NCBI GenBank assembly: GCA_036170655.1
Contig: JAVHPP010000005.1
Coordinates: forward strand, 1-22,706
Direction of reading: 5' to 3'
Source: Candidatus Zixiibacteriota bacterium
GTDB lineage: Bacteria > Zixibacteria > MSB-5A5 > WJJR01
DNA length: 22,706 nucleotides
Shown here: in pieces, positions 1 through 8,002 of the stretch
Position numbering within the stretch: position 1 is the first letter of the stretch
Layout of the letters: every line of letters starts with the position of its first letter
Notes under the pieces: model-generated
What the model was told of the DNA's origin: nothing
The model's input: the letters and a program-made list of their open reading frames with translations, nothing else
The model's database searches: none
Translations under genes and position numbers: made by a program

Positions 1-128
1 GCTCCCTGACACTCACGCTTGAGGTGGTTATCTCAGATGAATTGAAGGGCTGGATTGCGAGCTGGAGGGGGTATGTGAAGGTGGTGGCGCCTGTGAAGCT
101 GGCGGAAGTGCTCAAAGCGGGTAGATGA
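1..128 (+). CDS. WYL-domain transcriptional regulator, C-terminal WCX domain (5'-truncated by window edge)
   Basis: Not in the ORF track. Frame from nt 3 reads SLTLTLEVVISDELKGWIASWRGYVKVVAPVKLAEVLKAGR* (TGA 126-128), matching the WCX pattern 'l..Wi..wg..v.V..P..L.e.l'. Confidence 0.8.
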   Translation, partial: SLTLTLEVVISDELKGWIASWRGYVKVVAPVKLAEVLKAGR

Positions 129-189
129 ATTGCCGATCACGAACGCACTGCCCCCCGTTGCTAACGCGAGCCAATGAGAGGAGCAAGGC

Positions 190-876
190 ATGGGACTTAG
201 CGCTGAAATCAGAAACCTGTTTGATGAACGTGGCGCGGAGAGCTGGTGTCGGGATGGCGTTTTCAGTGAAGCGCATTGGGCCATGGCGCCATACAGATTG
301 TTGTTCTTGCTGAAGGAGCCTCACAAATTCTACACCTCGCTGGTAGAGACTTCACAATGGCAACCGCACCCGATTGGATGGGATGGTTGGATTGAGATTG
401 CGAGGTGGGCGTACGCGGTTCTGAACACGGGACTGAGAGCCGTCCCTGACTTCGACGACTGCAGGTCTCATGATACTGTCCAAGGCGTCGAATCGTGGAG
501 GATTTGCCGCCATCAGATGAGCGTCATGAATCTTAAGAAAGAACCCGGTGGATCAACGGCTATCATGGACCAAGTCGAGGACTGGGCGGGCAGGCAACAA
601 GACTTCCTGCGTAAGCAACTCGAACTGATCAATCCACAAATCGTAGTGTTTTGCGGCGACCGTGTAAAGGAGATCGCAACAAAGGTGTTCAGACTGCATC
701 AACCAGAGCGCGTGGAGCGACCCTACTTCGCTTATGACGACAGACTGTGGATTGATTTCTGTCATTTCCGCTATTGTGCCAAGGTCCGTGCTTTCTACGC
801 GCTGGTTGGTATCATGCGAGCTGCCCTGCAAGATCCAGAGATTGCTACCTTGCTGCACAGCGAGAAAGGAATCTAG
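190..876 (+). CDS. Uracil-DNA glycosylase-like superfamily protein (divergent)
   Basis: SD GAGGAG upstream. Motifs LLFLLKEPH (motif-A position), VMNLKK, FLRKQLELINPQIVVFCG and IDFCHF (motif-B His) occur in UDG-fold order. Confidence 0.6.
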   Translation: MGLSAEIRNLFDERGAESWCRDGVFSEAHWAMAPYRLLFLLKEPHKFYTSLVETSQWQPHPIGWDGWIEIARWAYAVLNTGLRAVPDFDDCRSHDTVQGVESWRICRHQMSVMNLKKEPGGSTAIMDQVEDWAGRQQDFLRKQLELINPQIVVFCGDRVKEIATKVFRLHQPERVERPYFAYDDRLWIDFCHFRYCAKVRAFYALVGIMRAALQDPEIATLLHSEKGI

Positions 877-1377
877 ATGATTGACCCAATGGATGAAATC
901 GATGGCATATCCTTCAAGGGATTCTCCGTTCCAGTTACGGTAGAACAGCTTCATTCGGGTCAGTGTGATAGATTTCCACCTTGGGAAACTGGCATCTACA
1001 TCGTGTTGCGACTGATGCGTCGAAACCCGAGCTTCGTCCCGAAGAGTTCAGGGGGATGGTTCGACGGCAAAGACCCCAGCTATCCTATGAAGAGAGTTCA
1101 CGCGAAATGGGTCGAGGGTGCCAGAGTCCTGTATGTCGGGAAGGCAGCCAGTCGGGAAGGGTTGCATGGTCGGATTGACGACTTGGTTAGATTCGGTTTC
1201 GGCGAGCCTGTCGGTCATCGGGGTGGGCGGCTTCTGTGGCATCTGAAGGACAGCAAGAGGCTACTGGTTCGGTGGCGCGAGTGCCCCGCCGCTGACGCTC
1301 GCGACCTGGAAATCGAGACCAAGGCGAAGTTTGCGACTGTTCATGGCGTGTACCCTTTTGCGAATCTGATCAAGTAA
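877..1377 (+). CDS. GIY-YIG superfamily nuclease
   Basis: GIYIVLR, VLYVGKA, GLHGRI (Arg), DLEIET (Glu) and PFAN (Asn). ATG directly abuts the upstream TAG, with SD AAAGGA. Confidence 0.75.
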   Translation: MIDPMDEIDGISFKGFSVPVTVEQLHSGQCDRFPPWETGIYIVLRLMRRNPSFVPKSSGGWFDGKDPSYPMKRVHAKWVEGARVLYVGKAASREGLHGRIDDLVRFGFGEPVGHRGGRLLWHLKDSKRLLVRWRECPAADARDLEIETKAKFATVHGVYPFANLIK

Positions 1378-1479
1378 CCATTCCGGTAACCCGGCGTTCC
1401 GCCAAACGCTCCTCAGGTGATCCGGTATTCCTGGTTCGCCTGGCGCTCGAGTGGGTTACCCTGAGGATAGAGGCAAAGC

Positions 1480-1980
1480 ATGGTATTCGAAATTCTCTTG
1501 GGTCTCTGGGGTGTCGACAAGATCGTGAAGGATGCTCAGCGGCGCGAATGGGTCAGAGCGAAAGAGCAAGTACGAAGCAGGAGCAACACCGATGAGCAGG
1601 CACGGTGGTTATGTGCCTTCAACGATTCACTCCTCGGATGGGAGAAGTTTGTTCTGAAGAAGCCTCTCTGGGGAAGACCGTATTGGTGTGTCCGGCCCTC
1701 GATGCGGAGGGCGCGATCGCCTGAGGACGAGATTGCGGGTGTCATGTCAGAGTGGTTCAAGTCGCACGATGCCGATGCTGCTGAGCAGATCAGAGATATC
1801 ACGCAAGCCGAACTCGACAGATCCTTCCCCTGGGAAATGCTCTCAAGCAAGAAGTGGGCTGGGCTGTTCTACGCACTCAACAGGAAGGTCGGCTTTCCGA
1901 AGTTCTACTGGAGGCGCAACGGCTTCTTTGGCCACAAGCAGTGGCGAGCCCGCGCCTATATCCCGTACCGTCCGGCCTGA
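1480..1980 (+). CDS. Hypothetical protein, aromatic/basic, with internal duplication
   Basis: 166-aa ORF, GAGG before ATG, co-oriented with upstream genes, short hydrophobic N-terminus. Confidence 0.6.
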   Translation: MVFEILLGLWGVDKIVKDAQRREWVRAKEQVRSRSNTDEQARWLCAFNDSLLGWEKFVLKKPLWGRPYWCVRPSMRRARSPEDEIAGVMSEWFKSHDADAAEQIRDITQAELDRSFPWEMLSSKKWAGLFYALNRKVGFPKFYWRRNGFFGHKQWRARAYIPYRPA

Positions 1981-2070
1981 GAACAGCAGCCGGGCGCCAG
2001 CGGCGCAGCGAGTTGTGTAAGAGAGTGAACGAGTGAGGACGATTGCGAAACAGGCGTGGCCGCGATCTCT

Positions 2071-2287
2071 GGGGTGTGTTGAAAAAGCCTCACGGCTGCA
2101 TCAGGGACAGGGAGAGGACGAGATTGCTTCGTCGGTCGTTCCGCCTCCAGCGGAACTCTCTCCTCGCAATGACTGTCAAGACAATCGAATCGGCGTTGAG
2201 AAAATGCAGTCATTGCGAGCGAAGCGAAGCAATCTCACCGCCACGAACTACGCGACGCGACCGACAGTGGGTTATTCAACAATCCCC
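2071..2287. mobile_element. MITE-like non-autonomous element, copy 1
   Basis: Terminal IRs ggggtgtgttgaaaaa (2071-2086) / ttattcaacaatcccc (2272-2287), 13/16 match. Nested arms gagattgcttcg (2120-2131)/cgaagcaatctc (2225-2236) and ctcgcaatgactg (2163-2175)/cagtcattgcgag (2207-2219). Confidence 0.65.
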
Positions 2288-2414
2288 TGTGATCGCGGGT
2301 CCGCCGAAGACGGACAATGGCGGCGTCCTGCTGTTCAGCCGTTGCCTGTGGACCAGATCACTTGAAGGATGATGAACGCGCCGCGACGTCACTTTGTCAC
2401 AGACCGAGATCGAA

Positions 2415-2623
2415 GGGGCGTGTTGAAAAACCCCCGCGTACCACAATTCGTGGCCGCGGGTGCCGCGACTTTGCTTCGTCACCACCCCGCCTTCGGCGGG
2501 GACGTTCCTCGCAATGACTGCTGACACATGCAGTTCCGAATGCAGTCATTGCGAGCGCAGCGAAGCAAACTCATCGCCACGAACTACGGAACACTCGATT
2601 CGGGTACTTTTTCAACACGCCCC
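2415..2623. mobile_element. MITE-like non-autonomous element, copy 2
   Basis: Perfect 16-bp terminal IR ggggcgtgttgaaaaa (2415-2430) / tttttcaacacgcccc (2608-2623). Same internal arms (ttgcttcg...ctcgcaatgactgc / gcagtcattgcgag...cgaagcaa) and the shared segment cgccacgaactacg as in copy 1. Confidence 0.7.
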
Positions 2624-2685
2624 GAAGATCACGGCCACGCATACTGGCCCCCATCACTGAGATACATCGACTTGCGACGCATCTG

Positions 2686-2710
2686 GTGGGGCAGACACTC
2701 TTGTCTGCCC
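2686..2710 (+). repeat. REP-like palindrome (GTGG/GTAG-tagged)
   Basis: gtggggcagaca-ctct-tgtctgccc, 9-bp perfect stem, just past the PKS stop codon. Confidence 0.6.
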
Positions 2711-2732
2711 GGCTTTTTACCACACCCTTCGG

Positions 2733-3794
2733 TTAGAATCTCAAGAGCACATTCTCCGCCGAGAAACCGGGGCCGAGGGCGGTGAGGACGCCGTAGTCTC
2801 CCGGCGACACTGACCCGTTGGCCAGAGTCTGCTTCAGGACAAACAGGACCGTCGGCGCCGACATGTTGCCGAAGTCGCGCAGCACTGTCCGCGCCTGCGC
2901 CATACGGCCGGAATCGAGCGAGAGAGCGTTTTGGTAGGCATCGATCACTTTCGCGCCGCCCGGGTGGACGACGAGGTGACGAACCTGTTCGAACGTGAGG
3001 TCGTGTTCGCCGAGGAATTCGTCCATGTTCTGGCGTGTCTTCTCCTTCACGATACCCGGTATCGCGTGCGAGAAAACCACCTGCATCCCGACATTGTCGA
3101 AGTTCCAACCCATGACATCGAGCGAATCGGGCCAGATGGTTGACTGCGCGGCCAGGATCGCCGGGCCGCCCGCCGCGCACTCTGTCACGTCATCGCCCAC
3201 CACCAGCGCCCCCGCCGCGCCATCAGCGAACAATGCGCTGGCGATGAAATTGGATTTCGAGAAATCGCCGAAGTGAAACGTCAGGCCGCACAACTCGACC
3301 GTGACCAGCATGACAACCGCGTTCGGATCGGAGATGGCCTCACGGTAGGTGTGCGACAACCCGGCGGCGCCACCGGCGCAGCCCAGACCCCAGATTGGCG
3401 TGCGCCGGACATGCGAGCGCAGGCCAAGCACGTTGATGAGACGTGAGTCAATTGAGGGCGTCGCCAGTCCCGTGGTCGAAACAAAGATCAGATGATCGAT
3501 CCGTCCGGCGGACAGACCGGCCTGATCGAGACAGTCGTGCATCACCTGGGCGCCGAGTCGCGTGCACCAGTCGATGTACAGGCCGTTCTTCTCGGCGAAG
3601 GTCTTGGGACTGGTGAACCAATCAGGGGGCACACAGAGATAACGCGACTCAATGCCCGAATGGTCAAAAACCGGGAGGAGACGATCAACGTCACGCCGCT
3701 GTGAGCGAAAGTACGACGCGGCAAAGGCACGCGCTTCGGCCTGTGTGATCTTGTATGGCGGAAGGGCAGTGGCGACAGCAGCGATTCGGGGCAT
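2733..3794 (-). CDS. Type III polyketide synthase (chalcone synthase-like, BpsA/SrsA alkylpyrone/alkylresorcinol type)
   Basis: Catalytic triad motifs GLGCAGG, HPGG, GNMS, plus VELC, ALFADGA and LGPGF. Homology begins at MPRIAAVATALP (ATG 3794); an alternative start at 3887 also has an SD. Confidence 0.93.
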   Translation of the reverse strand: MPRIAAVATALPPYKITQAEARAFAASYFRSQRRDVDRLLPVFDHSGIESRYLCVPPDWFTSPKTFAEKNGLYIDWCTRLGAQVMHDCLDQAGLSAGRIDHLIFVSTTGLATPSIDSRLINVLGLRSHVRRTPIWGLGCAGGAAGLSHTYREAISDPNAVVMLVTVELCGLTFHFGDFSKSNFIASALFADGAAGALVVGDDVTECAAGGPAILAAQSTIWPDSLDVMGWNFDNVGMQVVFSHAIPGIVKEKTRQNMDEFLGEHDLTFEQVRHLVVHPGGAKVIDAYQNALSLDSGRMAQARTVLRDFGNMSAPTVLFVLKQTLANGSVSPGDYGVLTALGPGFSAENVLLRF

Positions 3795-3999
3795 GCGCTT
3801 CCCTTGGCACGAGACCGAGCCACGCCGAAGCTGGATGGTGGCATCGGTCAGCGGCTTTGACAGGTGGAACAATCCACCGTACGCCATTGTTCCCCCAAGA
3901 GATAGTGCGAAACATCGGGGCGTTCATGTCATCACGAAGGATCAAGTTCTCCAGTTCCGATAGTCCAGAGCGGAAACAACAGGCGTGAGGAGGCAATGG

Positions 4000-4557
4000 A
4001 TGCGAAAGCAGTGGATGGTGGCAGTTGTGATTATCGCGGCCTTCGGGATGGTTTCATTCTGGCCGGGTCAGGTTCAAGCGTTCCCGTCGGGGAAGAAATC
4101 ATCCGCAGAAGACGCGGGACAGCAAGAGAAGCAGGCCGTCGAAGTCTACAATCTGGGCGTCGAACATCAGAAGAAAGCCGATACACTCCTGGCCCACGGA
4201 GACAGCGTCGCGGCGGTGAAGGAATTCAAGAGCGCGCGAAAAGAGTACGAGAAGGCAGCCCGGTTGAATTCCAAATTTCCGGAAGCGTTCTCCAATCTGG
4301 GCTATTGCCGGCGCAACCTTGGTGACTTCAAGGGAGCGCTGGAGGCGTACGACCAGGCCCTGGCGCTCAAGCCCGATTTCCCGGAGGCAATGGAGTACCG
4401 GGGAGTGGCGTATGTGAGGCTCGGCCGCATGGAGGACGCCATGGCCGCGTACAACAAGCTGAAACAGATCGACACGACCGAAGCGGCGGAACTCTGGCAG
4501 GCGATCAAGTCCGCCACGAAGGACACCGGCGTCCGCTCACAGCCGCGTCAGAAGTAG
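4000..4557 (+). CDS. Secreted tetratricopeptide repeat protein
   Basis: SD GAGGAGG before ATG 4000, signal-peptide-like N-terminus (..VQA|FP), TPR consensus PEAFSNLGY..GDFKGALEAYDQALALKPDFPEAMEYRG. Confidence 0.88.
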   Translation: MRKQWMVAVVIIAAFGMVSFWPGQVQAFPSGKKSSAEDAGQQEKQAVEVYNLGVEHQKKADTLLAHGDSVAAVKEFKSARKEYEKAARLNSKFPEAFSNLGYCRRNLGDFKGALEAYDQALALKPDFPEAMEYRGVAYVRLGRMEDAMAAYNKLKQIDTTEAAELWQAIKSATKDTGVRSQPRQK

Positions 4558-5009
4558 CCGTCAAACAGCCGGTCCACCCACTCGGGAACTGACGGAGATT
4601 CGACCCGGTCGAATGCCGGGACATACGGTTTGATATCGAGCACCGGGGTACCGTCGATTGCGTCGAGTCCCCGGACCGTCAGTTCACTCTCGGTGACTCT
4701 CACAATCTCGCAAGTGGTCAGTCCAATCGGATTGGGACGGACCCGCGCGCGCTGGGCAAACACGCCCAGAAGCGGCATGTCCGGGCGGTTGCGCGGCCTC
4801 CGCTGCGACGCCACGACCGGTTCCTGCTCGGGGACCTTGTGGAGATAGGTGAGGACCTGCGCGTGCGAGAATTGCTGTAGCCCGTCGAGCGCGCCCAGCC
4901 AGTGAGGATCAAGGACAATGCGGGATTCAATCTCTCCCCAGCTGCTGTCGGCCGGTGCTGTGACGCTGTTTTTCACTTCGCCGATGGACGTCATCATGAT
5001 TGTCGCCAT
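4548..5009 (-). CDS. trmO: tRNA t6A37 N6-methyltransferase TrmO/TsaA (YaeB) family, single-domain
   Basis: GVFAQRARVRPNPIGLT and GLDAIDGTPVLDIKPY signatures. SD GAGGA favours start 5009 over 5024. 10-bp convergent overlap with the TPR gene. Confidence 0.88.
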   Translation of the reverse strand: MATIMMTSIGEVKNSVTAPADSSWGEIESRIVLDPHWLGALDGLQQFSHAQVLTYLHKVPEQEPVVASQRRPRNRPDMPLLGVFAQRARVRPNPIGLTTCEIVRVTESELTVRGLDAIDGTPVLDIKPYVPAFDRVESPSVPEWVDRLFDGYF

Positions 5010-5305
5010 AAGATTTGTCCTCATCTCAGCCGATGAAAAAAGTAGGGCACATGGTCGGGGTTGCAGTGGCCCGTTGGGGAAAAAATGAAGAAACTGGGAC
5101 GGGTATGCGCTTTTTCTCTTGCGGGAGGTTGGGTTTTGTCTAGATTTCTTCTTCGGAGGGGCCGAGCAGGGCCGAAGTTTTTGCTTTACATGGAGTTGTG
5201 GGATTGTGTGAACGTATTCGTCAATGTGCGGATTGGCGACTTGATAAGTATTTCAACCGCGGCTGATTTCCCGCTTTCGGGAGTGCCGCTTGTGGGGAGA
5301 GACTG

Positions 5306-5425
5306 ATGCCCTTCTGGACCGCTTTTTGGGCCATCGTGCCACCGATTGTGCTTCTCGTCTTAGCTTTTGTGCAGTTCTACCGTCGCGATTTGAGCGAACG
5401 TCTGCCGAATGACCGGCAGGCGTAG
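5306..5425 (+). CDS. Small 39-aa single-pass membrane protein
   Basis: SD GGGGAGA. Reads MPFWTAFWAIVPPIVLLVLAFVQFYRRDLSERLPNDRQA*, a hydrophobic helix followed by RR. Below ORF-track cutoff. Confidence 0.55.
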   Translation: MPFWTAFWAIVPPIVLLVLAFVQFYRRDLSERLPNDRQA

Positions 5426-5760
5426 GGTATTGCCGGACAAACTGTTGTTGCGCCTTGCGTCGCAAGGCGTGGCAGCAACACAAGGGGCGGTGGTGTGCCC
5501 TGAATTGTCTCGCAGAGAGCGTCTTCCATAAAGATGGGTCGCGACACCTGGCTGTGCAGTGATCCGTGACAATTTAACAATGTGGGGTGCGCGAAAGGCA
5601 ACGGTCGCCATCCCATTTCAGGAACAAACTGAACGGATGGTCGATTAGTAAGAATAGGTGCGGTTTGCAAGCCGTATCCAGTTGTGCAACGCCCCTGAAC
5701 GGGGTGCGCTCCGGCCAGGGGATTTAATGATAGATTCGACCCTCAAAGAAGGAGGGAAAC

Positions 5761-6012
5761 ATGGTCAAAAGTCCACGGTGCGAGGCGTGCGGAATGCCCA
5801 TGTCCCAGCCATCACAACACGGCAACGGCGACACCGGCGATCTCTACTGCCTCTACTGCACCGATACGTCAGGCCAGTTGAAGCCCCGGAGCGAAATCCG
5901 GGAAGGTATGATCCACTACGTGATGAAGTCCGAGAACTGGGCTCGTGACAAGGCGGAAGTCGAGGTTGATCGCCAGATGACACACCTCCCCGCATGGCAG
6001 GGCGCCCGCTGA
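5761..6012 (+). CDS. Stand-alone zinc ribbon protein (Zn_ribbon_2-like)
   Basis: CEACGMPM...YCLYC and C-terminal LPAW; strong SD AAGGAGG. Confidence 0.85.
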   Translation: MVKSPRCEACGMPMSQPSQHGNGDTGDLYCLYCTDTSGQLKPRSEIREGMIHYVMKSENWARDKAEVEVDRQMTHLPAWQGAR

Positions 6013-6039
6013 CCCGGCACGACACGCTGATGGTCTTTC

Positions 6040-6076
6040 ACCCCCCTGTCCGTGAAAACGGACGGGGGGTTTTCTT
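6040..6076 (+). terminator. Rho-independent terminator
   Basis: acccccctgtccgt-gaaa-acggacggggggt followed by tttctt. Confidence 0.85.
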
Positions 6077-6217
6077 GTCTGATCCCAAACGAAGAGTCCA
6101 CCGGTTGACACCGTCATCGGTCACTATGGAACCGTGTGCGCCTGCCACAGCGATGCTCAGAACGTCGCCTATGCGAATCTCTGTAACGAGCCTTTCAATC
6201 ATTGGAGGATCATAGCG

Positions 6218-7345
6218 TCAGATTTCTTCGATCATCTCGACATTGGCGCGCGGCACAATGGCCCGTTCCTTGCTGTCGAATTCGACTTCGAGGATGCGTG
6301 CAGACGATTCCGATTCCAGCTTCTGCAGCGGCGCTGGCAATCCGACGACTGTCCCGAGACGCCCAAAGTGCGGCTGACGGATGATACGTACCATCGAACC
6401 GATTTCCAGACCCGCACTTTCCGGCTGGGGGACATTCTCCGGTAAGGCGGGGATGTCTTTGGGGATGACGACCTCCGGACGAATCACGCCGGCACGAATC
6501 TGTGTGGCGCCGTTGATGCAGGCGAGCTTGCCTTCGTGACGTTTCAATAGCTCGAATGTTTTTTGAGCCATGGCAATCTGGCCGAATCCCTCGGTGACCA
6601 CGAGTGTAATCCCCAGCTCCTCCGAGCCGGTGATCGCGACGCCAAGATCATAGCCGAGAAAGTCACGCAGATCGCGGTCGTCAAATCCCCCGACCACAAT
6701 CCCGCGCGCCCCGACCTGGATTGCCTTTTTCATAGCGCCAGCGGTGACCAATGAGCCGCCAACCACGACTTTGCCCGCACAAGCCGGTGTGACTTTGCTT
6801 TCATCGAGAATCTCGGTCTGGCTGGCGCAGATCACCTTGATCTCGCCCTCCGTCTCGCCGCCGATACCGAAGATCCCCTGAACAAAGGCGCCGATGCAGG
6901 CGACCGACACGCCCTCTTCGGGATGGATGGCTGTGACCTCGCCCTTCAGATAGGCCTTCACCTGCACCGGCATTGGCTGCCCGCGCAACAGTACCTGGCC
7001 GGTGACATGCGACACATTCTCGATCGTCCCATCGGTTTTCGATGTGCATTCCGTCTTGAACAGGCCGAAGAAAGACGCTGAGCGGGCGATCACTTCGCCT
7101 TTTTTCACTGCTTCGCCCTCTTTTTTCAGCATGCATTCATCGATGTCCTCCGGAGGAACGCCCAGAATGTTGGCGACGTTGACCGGCTCGACAGGTCCGG
7201 GCAGATGGGTTTGCGCCACCACGGTGTCCGGCTCGACCCGATCGCCCTTGGAGACAATCACGTCTCCCTTCAGGGGAAGTATGCGCTTTTTGACCAGCCA
7301 AACCTGGTCGGTGACTTTCAGTCCGGGGGTGTATGCATGGGCCAT
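6218..7345 (-). CDS. Conserved hypothetical protein, GlmL-associated; barrel-sandwich-hybrid-like repeats and C-terminal KOW/SH3-like segment
   Basis: 375 aa. VIVSKGDRVEPDTVVA and MLKKEGEAVKKGEVIA hybrid-like motifs; GSMVRIIRQPHFGRLGTV KOW-like; GC-biased codon usage. Confidence 0.8.
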   Translation of the reverse strand: MAHAYTPGLKVTDQVWLVKKRILPLKGDVIVSKGDRVEPDTVVAQTHLPGPVEPVNVANILGVPPEDIDECMLKKEGEAVKKGEVIARSASFFGLFKTECTSKTDGTIENVSHVTGQVLLRGQPMPVQVKAYLKGEVTAIHPEEGVSVACIGAFVQGIFGIGGETEGEIKVICASQTEILDESKVTPACAGKVVVGGSLVTAGAMKKAIQVGARGIVVGGFDDRDLRDFLGYDLGVAITGSEELGITLVVTEGFGQIAMAQKTFELLKRHEGKLACINGATQIRAGVIRPEVVIPKDIPALPENVPQPESAGLEIGSMVRIIRQPHFGRLGTVVGLPAPLQKLESESSARILEVEFDSKERAIVPRANVEMIEEI

Positions 7346-7358
7346 TTGTTACCATTCC

Positions 7359-7687
7359 TCAACTGTTGAGCAGTGCGTCTATCTGGCGCGCCAGCGGGGC
7401 GATTCGTTCTCGACGATGTCCCAAGACAAGATCCCAGTTTACACCGAAATACTCATGGATAATCTTGTCCCGAGTCCCGGTCATTTGTTTCCAAGGTACG
7501 TTCGGGTGAAGGGTCTTGAACTCTTGAGAAACGTTCTTCGCCGCCTCTCCGATGATCTCCAGATTCCTCACGACCGCGTCCTGCTTCATTTCATCGGCGA
7601 AGAAGGCGTCTTCGCCGTCGCGGTATACTTCTGAATCCGTCGGATTGCGTCCCTAATGTGCATCAGGTAGGCGTGCTGGTCCTTCAT
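7359..7687 (-). pseudogene. HEPN/DUF86 (HepT-like) toxin RNase, frameshifted
   Basis: N-part MKDQHAYLMHIRDAIRRIQKYT joins DGEDAFFADEMKQDAVVRNLEIIGEAAK...RDKIIHEY (Rx4HxY) only via a 1-nt deletion near 7620. Two more compensating indels near 7423 and 7403 hide WDIVENE. Confidence 0.85.
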
Positions 7688-7971
7688 AGCGGAACGGCCT
7701 CCGCCAGTATCCGATCTTTCAGGTAGGGGCTCAGCCCGCCATCCGTCACGACATCGACTTTTCTTCCGAGAAGTTCCTCCAAGTCCTGCCACAGTCCAAC
7801 CAAGTCAAAATATGAGCGCCCCTTTTCCATCGTGACAAGCAGATCGATGTCGCTATCCAGGCCCGCTTCGCCGCGCGCCACCGAACCAAACACACGGACG
7901 TTGAAGGCCCCGTACTGGGAGGCAAGAGTCATAATCTCCGGGCGCTTCGTCTTCAGTTCGTTTGCATCCAT
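7684..7971 (-). CDS. Minimal nucleotidyltransferase (MntA-like) antitoxin
   Basis: FGSVARGE...SDIDLLV...KVDVV; ATGA overlap with the HEPN gene. Confidence 0.92.
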   Translation of the reverse strand: MDANELKTKRPEIMTLASQYGAFNVRVFGSVARGEAGLDSDIDLLVTMEKGRSYFDLVGLWQDLEELLGRKVDVVTDGGLSPYLKDRILAEAVPL

Positions 7972-8002
7972 ACCGCATCCATGCTCCGTCAGCGCCAGAA
8001 TC

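Noticed and set aside
2054..2640. Possible CRISPR array
   Set aside because: Only two long diverged units, no regular repeat-spacer period and no cas genes.
877..2640. GIY-YIG gene as the mobiliser of the adjacent palindromic elements
   Set aside because: The gene is not flanked by the repeats and is coupled to the UDG-like gene instead; proximity alone is insufficient.
2033..2785. Several short ORFs across the repeat region
   Set aside because: They are translations of palindromic repeats (e.g. HCERSEA appears twice) and show no transposase motifs.
7586..7792. Programmed frameshift producing the HEPN toxin
   Set aside because: No recognisable slippery sequence near 7620, and two additional indels exist downstream.
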